Shown one piece after another: positions 9,550-20,153 of a DNA stretch of 64,000 nucleotides. The position numbers and the translations under genes are program-made. Source of the DNA: an uncultured Gammaproteobacteria bacterium (GTDB lineage Bacteria > Patescibacteriota > Microgenomatia > Levybacterales > UBA12049); NCBI GenBank assembly GCA_964603935.1, contig CAZRWL010000001.1:2306-66305 (forward strand). Reading direction: 5' to 3'. The notes below the pieces were generated by a model. The model was not told the DNA's origin, ran no database searches, and saw nothing but the letters and a program-made list of their open reading frames with translations. Each line of letters opens with the position of its first letter. Position 1 is the stretch's first letter.

Positions 9550-10477
9550 TACATTGCGATTGCTTAGGCCAAGGCAGTGGATAAAAAATACTGCAATATT
9601 TGCTGCGATAACATTTTCAGGCGATCTTTTCGAATGGGCAATCTTACAAAAAGTGCTATTTGCTTTTTTCGTATTCTGCGCCTTATCTTCCGCAAGCTAC
9701 ATAATCAATGATATTTTCGATGCAAAAAACGATAGGCTTCATCCATTCAAACGGTTTAGACCTATTGCAAGTAAAAACCTGACAACAAATTACGCATTAG
9801 CGTTTGCATTTTTTTTAATATTTATTTCTTTTGTATTGGGTATTATGGTCAATCCGGCATTTTTCATTATTCAAATTATATATTTGCTGACTCAATTCCT
9901 TTATTCCGCCTCCCTTAAATTAATTGCCGTTGTAGATATTCTGGCAATAGCTTTAGGGTACATATTGAGAGTTTATGCCGGAGAATTAGCCGGAGGATTT
10001 CACATATCGGTATGGCTTTTATTGACAACTATTTCCCTTTCGCTTTTTCTGGCAATTGGAAAAAGAAGATCGGAATTAACACTTGTTTCTCAAATTAAAT
10101 CCGTAAACATATCCGATGTGAGAAAAACCCTATCTCATTATTCCGAACGCTTATTGGATGTTTACGCCTCTATTTTCGCAACATCTACATTTGTTTCCTA
10201 TTCGCTTTTTACTTTTCTGGAAAATCCGCGGGGATTCAAACTCGGGCTTAGCATTTTTTTGCCTGATTTTTTGCCGGCCTTTTTCCAAAGAAAGTGGCTC
10301 ATGATAACAATAGTCCCTGTTGTTTACGGACTCATGAAATATCTTCAGGATATCTACGAAAAACACGAAGGTGAAAGCCCGGAAAGAGTATTGTTGTCAG
10401 ACAAGTCCTTGCTTGCATCCGTAATTATCTGGATTGTCTTAGTTATTACCATAATCTACTTAATCGGTCCCAATTAG
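9530..10477 (+). CDS. UbiA-family decaprenyl-phosphate phosphoribosyltransferase-like protein
   Basis: LLRPRQWIKN, YIINDIFD..DRLHPFKRFRPIAS, KRRSEL, GESPE; ATG at 9530 is the likelier start (track gives 9512). Confidence 0.88.
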   Translation: MTKIAYNTLRLLRPRQWIKNTAIFAAITFSGDLFEWAILQKVLFAFFVFCALSSASYIINDIFDAKNDRLHPFKRFRPIASKNLTTNYALAFAFFLIFISFVLGIMVNPAFFIIQIIYLLTQFLYSASLKLIAVVDILAIALGYILRVYAGELAGGFHISVWLLLTTISLSLFLAIGKRRSELTLVSQIKSVNISDVRKTLSHYSERLLDVYASIFATSTFVSYSLFTFLENPRGFKLGLSIFLPDFLPAFFQRKWLMITIVPVVYGLMKYLQDIYEKHEGESPERVLLSDKSLLASVIIWIVLVITIIYLIGPN

Positions 10478-10484
10478 TTTTACT

Positions 10485-11351
10485 ATGAAATTAGAACACG
10501 CAGACAAGCTTAAAAAAGTAATCCAATATTTTAATACAAAAGAGTCTAAATGGGGATATGCGCTTCTCCTAAAGGGAACTAAGCATTTTGGATATTACCC
10601 GAAAGGAAAAGAAAAAATTTCTATGTCTCAGGCTCAAGGATTAATGGAAGACAAACTCGCAGAAAAGCTTGGTTTGCCAGCTAACTCTCTCGTGTTGGAT
10701 GCCGGAAGCGGTGAGGGAAATGTGGCAATTAATCTTGCAAAAAAATATGGACTGCGTATTTATGGAGTTGATTTGTTAGATTTTGCCGTAAACAAAGCAA
10801 GTTCTAAATCCAAAGAACTTAACTTACAAAATAAAGTAAAATTTAAACTTGGAGATTATACCAGATTAGACTTTCCCGATGAAACCTTCGACGGTGTCTA
10901 TACAATGGAAACTTTGGTACACGTCCCCGACTACAAGAAAGCTCTTAAGGAATTCTATCGAGTTCTAAAACCAAATGGAAAACTTGTTCTTTTCGAATAC
11001 TCGATGTGTTCCAAGAAAAATCTTACGCCAAAAGAACTAAAAATTGTAGATATTTTAGACATGGTTAATGAAGAATCAGGAATGCATAGCTTGCCTCATT
11101 TTCTTCACAATAAATTTCCTGAAGTACTGAAAAATGCCGGTTTTAATCATGTTACCGTAAGCAATATTACCTCCAATATTATGCCCATGCTAAAAACATT
11201 TTATTTGATTGCATATGCGCCTTACATGCTTATTAAATTCTTAGGGTTGCAACGAAAATTTATCAATGCAACATCTGCAGTTGAAGGCTACAGGAATATA
11301 AAAAAAGGTGATTTTTGGCGTTATAATATAATTTCAGCAGTAAAAAAATAG
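10485..11351 (+). CDS. Class I SAM-dependent methyltransferase (sterol/tocopherol MTase-like)
   Basis: HFGYY, VLDAGSGEG, FDGVYTME, RVLKPNG. Confidence 0.85.
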   Translation: MKLEHADKLKKVIQYFNTKESKWGYALLLKGTKHFGYYPKGKEKISMSQAQGLMEDKLAEKLGLPANSLVLDAGSGEGNVAINLAKKYGLRIYGVDLLDFAVNKASSKSKELNLQNKVKFKLGDYTRLDFPDETFDGVYTMETLVHVPDYKKALKEFYRVLKPNGKLVLFEYSMCSKKNLTPKELKIVDILDMVNEESGMHSLPHFLHNKFPEVLKNAGFNHVTVSNITSNIMPMLKTFYLIAYAPYMLIKFLGLQRKFINATSAVEGYRNIKKGDFWRYNIISAVKK

Positions 11352-11358
11352 TCGGCCG

Positions 11359-12195
11359 TTACTCTTTAACAGCGTAGGAGGCGCTTACCCATCCCTTTTT
11401 TCCATCATTAAGTTTTATTTCAAGCCAGTCTTCTTCCTCGGAAACTAATTCATAGCTTTCTCCGGGCTTTACCTGGGCTATTTCAGAAGATGTAACAGAA
11501 TTGCCCTCTCTAACTCTTAAAAATCCTGTTGGAGTATTTAGGATTAAAACTCGGGAAACCACAACGGTTGGAGAAAGCAAGGCTTCCGATGATGCCAAAG
11601 GAATGCCGGGTAAATCAGGACTTATACCTAAAAAAATAAAAGAATTAAGCCTAAATCCCAGAGCTGTTTTAATTTTTATAGACTTTTCCTTATAGCCATC
11701 GCGAGTAATCCTAATATCATGATCAGACTCGCTAACTTGTTTCAGAAGTAAAGGCGTTACCCCAACGGGACTACTGTCCAAAAAGACATTTGCCTTGTCA
11801 GGCAGAGAAATTACCAGCAGCTCCACATCTTTTTTATTGCCCAAAGGAGACAGACTGATGATGCTCCCATCGCTTCCTCCGCTATTCGCAAATGTTCTAT
11901 CGATAACTGTCAGTGTCCCTTTATTGATGGTAACTTTGTCTTCAAAAGGTCTGTAGTTCCCATCCATTGGCGCTAATTTAACATCATAATCGCCGATAGA
12001 TAACATGTGATCTAAATCACAAATACAAAGAGGTGTAGTTCCTACTAATTTATTTTCCAAATAAACTTTGCTTTTGGGAACAGAAGTAACCTGAAGCGCT
12101 CCTTTGCCTGTTTTTTTATCCAAGAAAAACAAAATGCCGGAAAAAATAACTATCGCAATCAAAAGCGGCGCTAAAAATAACAAAGCTCTTTTCAT
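11359..12195 (-). CDS. Membrane-anchored PEGA-domain protein with C-terminal SH3b domain
   Basis: N-terminal TM; two PEGA-like repeats (LQVTSVPKSKVYL..GTTP; LLVISLPDKANVFLD..GVTP); LRVRE...WLEI..KGWVSASY. Confidence 0.82.
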   Translation of the reverse strand: MKRALLFLAPLLIAIVIFSGILFFLDKKTGKGALQVTSVPKSKVYLENKLVGTTPLCICDLDHMLSIGDYDVKLAPMDGNYRPFEDKVTINKGTLTVIDRTFANSGGSDGSIISLSPLGNKKDVELLVISLPDKANVFLDSSPVGVTPLLLKQVSESDHDIRITRDGYKEKSIKIKTALGFRLNSFIFLGISPDLPGIPLASSEALLSPTVVVSRVLILNTPTGFLRVREGNSVTSSEIAQVKPGESYELVSEEEDWLEIKLNDGKKGWVSASYAVKE

Positions 12196-12232
12196 AAAAG
12201 TAGAGATAATTATATCATGCTATAATTTATTC

Positions 12233-12568
12233 ATGTTAATAAATTACGGTGATTTTAAGAAAGTGGATATTAGAGTCGGAAAAATTATAAAAGCGGAAGA
12301 TTTTCCGCAAGCTCGAAAACCGGCTTATAAACTAACTATTGATTTTGGAGCGGAAATTGGAATTAAAAAATCCAGTGTTCAAATTGTTGATCTTTATAAA
12401 AAAGAAGAACTGCAAGGCTTATTGATTATGGGAGTTATAAATTTCCCTTCAAAACAAATCGGTCCTTTCATGTCTGAAGTTCTAACAGTCGGAGTTGCAA
12501 ATGAAGAAGGTCAAGTAGTCCTAGTCCGCCCGGATAAAAATGCCAAACTCGGTTCTAAACTTTTCTAG
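12233..12568 (+). CDS. csaA: tRNA-binding protein (CsaA/Trbp111 OB-fold)
   Basis: DFKKVDIRVGKII..ARKPAYKLTIDFG..KQIGPFMSEVL; ATG at 12233 follows TATAAT (track start 12104 overlaps the opposite gene). Confidence 0.88.
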   Translation: MLINYGDFKKVDIRVGKIIKAEDFPQARKPAYKLTIDFGAEIGIKKSSVQIVDLYKKEELQGLLIMGVINFPSKQIGPFMSEVLTVGVANEEGQVVLVRPDKNAKLGSKLF

Positions 12569-12578
12569 TCTAATAAAA

Positions 12579-12632
12579 ATCCCCTTTCGGGGAATTCTGA
12601 GAACCGAGATCCTGAAATAAATTCAGGATGAC
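12579..12632. terminator. Hairpin between convergent genes, followed by a GTCA-type palindromic element
   Basis: CCCC-TTTC-GGGG (12581-12592); ATCCTGAA-ATAAA-TTCAGGAT-GAC (12609-12632). Confidence 0.55.
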
Positions 12633-12664
12633 ATTTTAATAAACCAGTAGTCCATTTTTCTCAA

Positions 12665-13219
12665 TCATTTTTTAATTCTTTTCAAAAGTTTTTTAACTTC
12701 TTTATCAAAGTCGGAAATATAATTTTTGTCCTGTACTTTTTTATATTTTTCGTATTCGCCAAGAGCAAGAGTTTCTGCAACTTCGTGGCTTATTTTTCCG
12801 GCATTGGTTAAAATCTCATATTCACTAAACTTCAAAAAAGCATTTAGCTTTTCTGTCCAATCTTTCATCGTCATTGCCTTTCCCCTTGCCGCCTGCATTT
12901 CCGCATAATCCAAATACATATTGCCGATACGATTAAGATGGGCCAATTCTTTTTTGTCCAGATAATTTTTCCCATCTTCGGCAGTATGTGCAAATTTTGC
13001 ACTAACTGAATCTTTATCTAACTCATTCTCAATAAAAATGTTCTTTAGGTGTTTGGTGACAACGCTTCTCTCGACATCAAAAAGTTCCGCTATCCTTTTT
13101 TGCGTCAACCAGATATTTTCCCTAGCATAGAGCACCTCAATATTTACTGCTCCGTCTGGAGATTGATAGAAAGCGATTTGATTATCCGGTATTTTTCTAA
13201 CTGAATATTTCCGATTCAT
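12665..13219 (-). pseudogene. RhuM/virulence-family protein with an apparent internal in-frame deletion
   Basis: N-terminal WLTQKRIAELFDV..TKHLKNIF..ELD and C-terminal LNRIGNMYLDYAE..MTMKDW..L.AFL..GKISHE are joined at KNY; central block absent. Confidence 0.7.
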
Positions 13220-13243
13220 TGAAGCTCATTATAACAAAACCAC

Positions 13244-13265
13244 AAAAAAACCGCCTTTCAGCGGT
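13244..13265 (-). terminator. Rho-independent terminator of groES-groEL
   Basis: Minus strand ACCGC-TGAAAG-GCGGT followed by a T run. Confidence 0.7.
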
Positions 13266-13305
13266 ACAATTATTTTTAACTTTGCACTTTAAATTTTGAA
13301 CTTAT

Positions 13306-14967
13306 TTAATAGTCCATTCCGCCCATGCCCCCTGGCATCCCGCCCGGCATTGGAGATTCTTTTTTCTCCGGAAGATCGGTAACAAGCGCCTCTGTCGTAA
13401 GGATCATAATTGCCACAGAGATTGCATTTTGAATTGCAGTTCTGACAACTTTCAAAGGATCAATAATTCCTTCTTTGAGCATATCCACAGGCTTGGCAGT
13501 TTCAACCGAATCCAAAGTCATGATGTTAAATCCCTGACCGGAAGCGCTTATTTGCCGAGCCTTAGCAATTAGTTGCCCCGCGTCCACTCCTGCATTTTCC
13601 ATAAGCTTTACGAATGGAGACTCCAAGGCTTTTTTGACAATTTCAAACCCAAACACTTCGTCTCGGGATGAACTTGCTTTTTCCAAATCTTTTATGGTCA
13701 TTCTTCCTGAAATATCCAAAAGCGCAACTGCTCCTCCAGGAACAATTCCCTCCTCCAAAGCTGCTTTTGTTGCTGCTACCGCATCATTAACTCTTTCTTT
13801 TCTGTCTTTCATCTCCACTTCCGTTGCTGCGCCGACATTGATAACCGCAACTCCGCCGGACATCTTGGCCAATCTTTCCTGCAATTTTTCTTTATCAAAA
13901 TCTGAGGTTGAATCGGCAATGGCTGTCCTTATCTGAGCAACTCTGGCGGTAATTTTAACTTTAAGCCCTTTTCCTCCAATAATTCTTGCGTTGTCTTTGT
14001 CTGCCCATACTTTATCTGCGCGTCCGCAATCTTCAATGGTAACCGAGTCAAATTTCCGTCCGGTGTCATCCGAGATAACAGTTCCGCCTGTTAAAATTGC
14101 TATGTCTTCCAGCATTTCTTTTCTTCTGTCTCCAAATCCCGGAGCTTTAATAGCTAAAGCATTAAATGTGCCTCTTAATTTATTCACCACCAAAGTTGCC
14201 AAAGCTTCACCGTCTATCTCATCGGCAATAATTACCAAATTTTTGGAAACTTTGACCAGATTTTCCAGGAAAGGCAGAAGCTCATTAAGAGCGGAGATTT
14301 TTTTGTCGGTGATTAAAATATACGGATCTTCAATTTCCGCTTCCATTTTATCGGAATTTGTTACCAAATAAGCAGAGGCATAACCTTTGTCAAATTCCAT
14401 TCCCTCTTTATATTCGATCTCCGTTGACAATCCTTTTCCTTCTTCAACTGTTACAACTCCGTCTTTCCCAACTTTTTTCAACGCTTCCGCGATAAGATTT
14501 CCCAACTGGGAATCGCCTGCTGAAATTGTCGCAACATTGGCAATATCGGTTTGCTTGATTGCTTTGCCCATTTTCTTAAGTTCGGAAACTACAAACTCAC
14601 TGGCTTTTTCAAGTCCTCTTCTCATAACCATGGGATTTGATCCGGCGGTGATCATTTTTATTCCCTCCGTTACTATTGCGTGGGCTAAAACAGTGGATGT
14701 GGTTGTTCCGTCTCCCGCAACATCTGCAGTTTTTGAAGCTGCTTCTTTGACGAGTTGCGCGCCCATATTTTCAAATGGGTTTTCCAACTCTATTTCTTTT
14801 GCTACAGTTACGCCATCATGAATAACATTTGGCGCTCCCCATTTTTTATCCAATGCGACATTGCGTCCTTTAGGGCCAAGTGTCGTTGCCACAGCTTTGG
14901 CCAGCTGGTCTACGCCTTTTTTGAGTAATTCCCGCGCTTCTGCACTGTATTTAATTTGCTTTGCCAT
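13306..14967 (-). CDS. groEL: Chaperonin GroEL
   Basis: [26 protein letters not shown] tail. Confidence 0.98.
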   Translation of the reverse strand: MAKQIKYSAEARELLKKGVDQLAKAVATTLGPKGRNVALDKKWGAPNVIHDGVTVAKEIELENPFENMGAQLVKEAASKTADVAGDGTTTSTVLAHAIVTEGIKMITAGSNPMVMRRGLEKASEFVVSELKKMGKAIKQTDIANVATISAGDSQLGNLIAEALKKVGKDGVVTVEEGKGLSTEIEYKEGMEFDKGYASAYLVTNSDKMEAEIEDPYILITDKKISALNELLPFLENLVKVSKNLVIIADEIDGEALATLVVNKLRGTFNALAIKAPGFGDRRKEMLEDIAILTGGTVISDDTGRKFDSVTIEDCGRADKVWADKDNARIIGGKGLKVKITARVAQIRTAIADSTSDFDKEKLQERLAKMSGGVAVINVGAATEVEMKDRKERVNDAVAATKAALEEGIVPGGAVALLDISGRMTIKDLEKASSSRDEVFGFEIVKKALESPFVKLMENAGVDAGQLIAKARQISASGQGFNIMTLDSVETAKPVDMLKEGIIDPLKVVRTAIQNAISVAIMILTTEALVTDLPEKKESPMPGGMPGGMGGMDY

Positions 14968-14968
14968 A

Positions 14969-15268
14969 TTAATTCAAAATTGCCAATATATCTTCCTGTC
15001 CGACCATTGTCCACTCTTCACCTTCTACTTTAACCTCTGTTCCGCCCCATTTTTTATACATCACTTTTTGTCCGACTTTTACGACGACCGGATGTTTTTC
15101 TCCTTTTGGCCCGATTTTTCCTTCTCCAACGGCCATAATTAAGCCCATTTGCGGTTTTTCTTTTGCGCTGTCGGGAAGAATTATTCCGCTTGCGGTCTTG
15201 GCTTCTGCCTCCAAAGGCTTAATCAAAACATTGTCAAAAAGCGGTTTTATGTTAATTTTCTTTGCCAT
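14969..15268 (-). CDS. groES: Co-chaperonin GroES
   Basis: [26 protein letters not shown]. Confidence 0.97.
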   Translation of the reverse strand: MAKKINIKPLFDNVLIKPLEAEAKTASGIILPDSAKEKPQMGLIMAVGEGKIGPKGEKHPVVVKVGQKVMYKKWGGTEVKVEGEEWTMVGQEDILAILN

Positions 15269-15271
15269 AAC

Positions 15272-15327
15272 TTATCACTCGTTAAATACGACTGACAATT
15301 TATACAACAAAACTAAAATCATGTCAA
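15272..15327 (-). promoter_or_regulatory. groES promoter with degenerate CIRCE
   Basis: TTATCACTC-N9-GACTGACAA (15272-15298); minus-strand TTGACA (15322-15327), 17 nt, TATAAA (15299-15304). Confidence 0.65.
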
Positions 15328-15395
15328 TAACCTATAGTTATAACCGTTGTTGACATGCTCTTTATTTCTTTATACGATAATTTATAGGAATTATT

Positions 15396-16301
15396 ATGTC
15401 CATTTTTTCGTCATACAAAAAAATATTTTTATTAGGCTTCATGGTTATGGTTCTGGTAATAACTCCTCTTTTCGTATTTGTAGCTCAGCAAAACCAGCAA
15501 ACAAAAAGCAAAGCATCCGCATCCACCACTCTTGCTTTTGAACCTATATCTTCCGCAGTAAAAGTAGGGGAGATTTTAACTTTAAATGTCATATTGGACC
15601 CGGGAAAAAGCACATCATCTCCAAATTTAGTCTCTTTTGTAAAACTAGTCATTAACTTTGACCCGAGAAAATTTACAGCTGAAAACACATGCCTTACCGA
15701 AAACACTGTTGCCAACACCTTAACTACCAAATTGGAAGGGCCGATATGCGAACCAGGAAAAGCATCTATTTCTTTGTCTATCGGCGCTGATCCTGCCAAG
15801 GTCGTAACAGAAGTAACCAAAATTGCCGTACTTCAGCTTAAAGCTTTATCCCCAACTGAAGGCAATAATCCCAGCAGTATCACATTTGATATTTCCAACA
15901 ATAATACCCAAGTTTTGTCAATTGCATCAACAGACAAAACAAGCGAAAATGTGCTAAATTTATTATCAACCAGCACGCCTGCTTCGATAACCATTAACCC
16001 CGCGCCATCTGCTCCCGGAGCTAGTCCAACTCCAACCCCAACTCCTACTCCAGCTACTGCCCCATCCGCATCCGCTGGAAGCGCTCCTGCTGCTCCTCAA
16101 ACAGGAGATGCCGTTGTTAACGCAGGAACGCCTGAAGCAATTGCTCCGACTGCTGCTCCTGAGATAATTGCTCTAGCTCCGCAGCCCCCACCTACCGAAA
16201 TAGTCCTTCCCCCAACAGGTCCTGAAGAAAACATATTGGGAATTGGGGCAATTGGGATAATACTTACAATTATAGGCAGCGCTTTATTTATGCTCCTTTA
16301 G
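15396..16301 (+). CDS. Surface protein: cohesin-like domain, Pro/Thr linker, LPPTG plus TM tail
   Basis: N-terminal TM + KSKAS; beta-rich domain; PTPTPTP; LPPTG followed by hydrophobic tail. Confidence 0.7.
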   Translation: MSIFSSYKKIFLLGFMVMVLVITPLFVFVAQQNQQTKSKASASTTLAFEPISSAVKVGEILTLNVILDPGKSTSSPNLVSFVKLVINFDPRKFTAENTCLTENTVANTLTTKLEGPICEPGKASISLSIGADPAKVVTEVTKIAVLQLKALSPTEGNNPSSITFDISNNNTQVLSIASTDKTSENVLNLLSTSTPASITINPAPSAPGASPTPTPTPTPATAPSASAGSAPAAPQTGDAVVNAGTPEAIAPTAAPEIIALAPQPPPTEIVLPPTGPEENILGIGAIGIILTIIGSALFMLL

Positions 16302-18109
16302 TTGTTTTCTTCAATCATCGAAAGAAGAGCTTCTTGGGGAATAGAAATTTTTGCCTGCTCGATCATTCGCGATTTTCCTTTTTTCTGGGCTTCTAATAAT
16401 TTATCCTTTCTTCTTCTGTCCCCGCCTGACATTTTCGCCAAAACATCTTTCCTGAAAGGAGGTATTTCTTCCCGAGTAACAATCTCTCCGTTCATAACCC
16501 CTTGAATAATTTGTCTGAATTGCTGTCTAGGCAAAGAGTTTTTAAGTCTTTCAGCTTTCTTCCTCACCGCACTAACTGCCTCGTCTTTGTATGCAAGCTC
16601 AGACAAGACATCTATTGCAATATCATTCACTTTTATTTCTACCTTTGCCAAATCTGCTTCTTTATATGATGTAACTTCATAATCTAGGCTTGCAAATCCT
16701 TCCGACGCGGATTTCAGATCTGAAGAAATTCCTCTAATAAACATGCTGAATGGCATATCATAAGATAATACCGCATAGGACTCATGGTAATTTAAGTCCA
16801 AAAGATTGCCCTTTCTGGTCTGGCAAATATTCATTACCGGACCGACATACTCTTTTGGCGTATAAACTACAAGCTTCATGTATGGTTCAAGCATTATTCC
16901 GTCAGGTGTTTTTTCGTATAAGACTTGGGGCATTGTCAGCAATATTTCAAGATTAAATTCCTGTTTTATTCTTTCTTTAACAATCTGCGCATGCAAAAGC
17001 CCCAGAAAGCCTATTCTAAATCCGCTTCCCAAATATGACGAGTACTCCTCAGTGTAGGTTAAAGCCGTATCGTTCAAAGTTAATTTTGCTAAAGATTCTC
17101 TTAAGTAAACAAAATCATTCGTATCCTTAGGATATGCTCCAAAGAACACCATAGGTTTTGGAATCTTATATCCCGCCAACGCTTCAACTTTTCCATCTTC
17201 CATCTTCCATCTTCCATCTTCAGCCGTTACTGTGTCTCCAACGCGCACTTTTCTAATATCTTTTATTCCTGTAATAACATAGCCGATTTCGCCTGTTGAT
17301 AAGCTTCCCGAAGATATCAAGTGAGGAGAAAAATAACCTAAATCAGTTACTTCTGTTTGAATATTATTCTGATAGAGCTTGAGACTGTCTCCTTTATTCA
17401 AATGTCCGTCAACAATCCTGACGTACGCGACTACTCCGCGGAATTCGTCATAGACCGCATCGAAAATCAAACCGCGAAGAGGCTTATCTTTTTCTCCAAT
17501 TGGGGGCGGCAGTTTTTTTACAATCGTATCTAATAATAAATCCACATTTTTGCCGGTTTTGGCCGAAATATATATTATTTCCTCTTTTTTAAACCCAAAG
17601 GTCTCTATTAATTCTTGAGCTGTCATTTCTGTCCGGGCGCTTTCCAAATCTATTTTATTAACAACAGGAATCATTATCAAATTCTGTTTTTGAGCTTCTC
17701 TAAAATGAGCAACAGTCTGCGCCTGAATGCCTTGTGTCGCATCAACCAATAAAATAGCTCCCTCGCAAGCAGCCAGAGTTCGGGAAACTTCGTAGGAAAA
17801 ATCAACATGCCCGGGAGTATCTATCAAGTTCAAAATGCATTCCTCACTCATATTGTCATTCTGACGAATGTCAGAATCTAGATACTGAACCGAGTTCAGG
17901 ATGACACGCGACTTATACCTCATTCTTACCGGCGCTAATTTGATTGTAATTCCCCGCTTACGGCTGATTGGATTCTGGTCCAGAAATTGCTCCTGCATCT
18001 TATCTTTTTTGACAGTACCTGTTATTTCCAAAAACCTATCCGCAAGAGTAGATTTCCCGTGATCCACATGGGCAATAATCGCAAAATTCCTGATCTGTTT
18101 CTGCTCCAT
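16298..18109 (-). CDS. lepA: Elongation factor 4 (LepA) carrying two in-frame repeat insertions
   Basis: IRNFAIIAHVDHGKSTLADR, LIDTPGHVDFSYEVSR, GFLGLLH, RKDVLAK..GGD. Confidence 0.96.
   Translation of the reverse strand: MEQKQIRNFAIIAHVDHGKSTLADRFLEITGTVKKDKMQEQFLDQNPISRKRGITIKLAPVRMRYKSRVILNSVQYLDSDIRQNDNMSEECILNLIDTPGHVDFSYEVSRTLAACEGAILLVDATQGIQAQTVAHFREAQKQNLIMIPVVNKIDLESARTEMTAQELIETFGFKKEEIIYISAKTGKNVDLLLDTIVKKLPPPIGEKDKPLRGLIFDAVYDEFRGVVAYVRIVDGHLNKGDSLKLYQNNIQTEVTDLGYFSPHLISSGSLSTGEIGYVITGIKDIRKVRVGDTVTAEDGRWKMEDGKVEALAGYKIPKPMVFFGAYPKDTNDFVYLRESLAKLTLNDTALTYTEEYSSYLGSGFRIGFLGLLHAQIVKERIKQEFNLEILLTMPQVLYEKTPDGIMLEPYMKLVVYTPKEYVGPVMNICQTRKGNLLDLNYHESYAVLSYDMPFSMFIRGISSDLKSASEGFASLDYEVTSYKEADLAKVEIKVNDIAIDVLSELAYKDEAVSAVRKKAERLKNSLPRQQFRQIIQGVMNGEIVTREEIPPFRKDVLAKMSGGDRRRKDKLLEAQKKGKSRMIEQAKISIPQEALLSMIEENN
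17855..17905. mobile_element. 51-bp double-hairpin palindromic element inserted in frame in lepA
   Basis: GTCATTCTGACGAATGTCAGAATCTAGATACTGAACCGAGTTCAGGATGAC; GTCAT/ATGAC ends; right half resembles 12608-12632. Confidence 0.75.
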
Positions 18110-18131
18110 AAGACACGTATTATACTCTATT

Positions 18132-19796
18132 CTAAGAAGTGGGGCGGGTGCCGTCTATAACTTCATCGCTTTTACCTAAAATTTCTTTCCAGTTACCGAC
18201 TTTCTTGAAAATTAACAAAAACGTACTTGCTTCTTTAACATTCAAAAGCCATGTCAGAAAAAGGTAAAAAGAAAGTCCGATAAAACTCGATATACCCGTA
18301 AGGAGAATTAAGTTAACGGTACGAGTGGTATCAAACACCAGCTGATCTAATAATTTTATCGGCATATATAATGCTATGCCTGTAAAAAAACCGGCCAAAA
18401 AAATCTTGAATGCCGGGAAAAAAAGCTGTATTTTCGGAAATCCGCCGACTCTTTTGTCCAGAAGAACAATTAATATAAAAAGCTGAAGTATATTTGCCAA
18501 TGTAAAGGCAATAGCTACACTTTCTATACTCATATTTCCGATAACAACAAAATAATAACCCAAAATTACAAGCAAAAGCGTTGAGAAAGCACTGATAATA
18601 AGGGGCATAATCGAATTGTGCAGAGCGTAAAACGCTCTATAAAAAAGGACAATTAAAGCCTGTGCGAAAATAGACAAAGATAAAAAAGCCAGGATATGGC
18701 CGGTCAAAACAGTGGCAGGCCAATCAAATTTATCCGCTCCATACGCAAGTCTCACAATCGGTACGCGCAAAACAAGAATAATTGCGGAAAGCGGCAAAAT
18801 CAAATACAGCATTTGATTAAAACTCGTAGCAAAAGTCATTTTAAAATCACTAAGACTGTTTTTCTCTCTTGAAAGAACAGGAAATGCGGCCTGGGCTATA
18901 CTAACTCCAACAAGAGAAACCGGAGCAAACATCAGGGTTTTTGCCGCGTCAAAAAGTAAATGCATGCGTCCGGGCTCAACCATAAACGCAATAATAGCGG
19001 CAAGAAAAATTGTCCCCGCCTGTTGCACGGCAACCTGAATTGTACGGGGCCACATAAGCATAACTATTTTCCTGAGTCCTCTTGATTTAAGAAAATTAAT
19101 TGTCGGAGTAAAGGAAAATCCTACTTTTTTAGCAAGAGGAATTTGAAAGACGACAAAAATAAAAGCTCCCATGATAACTCCAAGCGGAATAGCATAAATT
19201 CCAAAAGGCCGGTGAAACAGCAGAATACCTATTATTATTCCCACATTATAAAATGCGGCGGCAATGCCCGGAATAAAAAAATGACTGTAAGACTGAAGCA
19301 ATGCGCTAAAAAATGTTCCTATTACGTATATAAGCTGACCGATAATAATGATCCGGGTCAGATTAACCATTAAGGCCATATCTTGTGATGAGAAATTTTG
19401 TCCTCCGTTGAAGATTGAAAGTATTTGAGAAGCAAATAAAACCAGAATCAAAGAAAAAACCGCAAAAATAGCAAGTCCTGCCATAAGAAGAGTAGATGCC
19501 ATTTTATGCGCGTCTTTTTCGCTCCCTTTGGTTAAATATTCTGAAAAAACAGGTATAAAAGATGACGTTAGCGCTGCCGCGATAGTCAGCTGAAAAATAG
19601 TGTCGGGAAGAATTGAAGCGTAATTATAAATACCCAAAGTATTTGACGCTCCGAAAATAGAAAATGACAGTCGTGCGCGAAATACCCCCAGGACTTGAGA
19701 CAAAACAACAGTTGCCATAATAACAAAAGCAGCGGTTAAAATATTTGTCTGGCGGGCAAGCAAAATATCGAGGCTTTTTTTTATAAAATTCGGCAT
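18132..19796 (-). CDS. murJ: Lipid II flippase MurJ
   Basis: SQVLGVFRA, LPDTIF, SFIPVF, AAFPVLS, RAFYALH; many TM helices. Confidence 0.92.
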   Translation of the reverse strand: MPNFIKKSLDILLARQTNILTAAFVIMATVVLSQVLGVFRARLSFSIFGASNTLGIYNYASILPDTIFQLTIAAALTSSFIPVFSEYLTKGSEKDAHKMASTLLMAGLAIFAVFSLILVLFASQILSIFNGGQNFSSQDMALMVNLTRIIIIGQLIYVIGTFFSALLQSYSHFFIPGIAAAFYNVGIIIGILLFHRPFGIYAIPLGVIMGAFIFVVFQIPLAKKVGFSFTPTINFLKSRGLRKIVMLMWPRTIQVAVQQAGTIFLAAIIAFMVEPGRMHLLFDAAKTLMFAPVSLVGVSIAQAAFPVLSREKNSLSDFKMTFATSFNQMLYLILPLSAIILVLRVPIVRLAYGADKFDWPATVLTGHILAFLSLSIFAQALIVLFYRAFYALHNSIMPLIISAFSTLLLVILGYYFVVIGNMSIESVAIAFTLANILQLFILIVLLDKRVGGFPKIQLFFPAFKIFLAGFFTGIALYMPIKLLDQLVFDTTRTVNLILLTGISSFIGLSFYLFLTWLLNVKEASTFLLIFKKVGNWKEILGKSDEVIDGTRPTS

Positions 19797-19832
19797 GTTG
19801 TTTTTTATAGTATAGCATGTTAAAATAGCACA

Positions 19833-20102
19833 ATGCCGGTAATAAAATCTGCTAAGAAAAAATTGCGGGTCGATAGAAAAAGACAGTCAGCCAACAAAAA
19901 AGTAAAAGCAGCTATTGAATCGTTTATCAAAAAAGCTGAAAAAAAACCAACCCCTAAGGGTGTGCAGGAAGCTTTCAGTGTTATAGACAAAGGTGTTAAG
20001 CTCAATGTAATCCACAAGAATAAAGCATCCCGAATAAAATCCAGATTGTCAAGACTCTTGAAGCCAGCCAAAACAAAAGAAACTAAAAAGAGCAAGAAAT
20101 AG
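19833..20102 (+). CDS. rpsT: 30S ribosomal protein S20
   Basis: MPVIKSAKKKLR...IHKNKASRIKSRL. Confidence 0.96.
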   Translation: MPVIKSAKKKLRVDRKRQSANKKVKAAIESFIKKAEKKPTPKGVQEAFSVIDKGVKLNVIHKNKASRIKSRLSRLLKPAKTKETKKSKK

Positions 20103-20153
20103 CCTCAACTAGACTTTGACAAAAGCGCCTAATTCCCCTAGACTAAATTTAGT

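Noticed and set aside
13634-15142. Several 90-145 aa plus-strand ORFs opposite groEL/groES
   Set aside because: Antisense shadows of strongly conserved genes; no motifs of their own.
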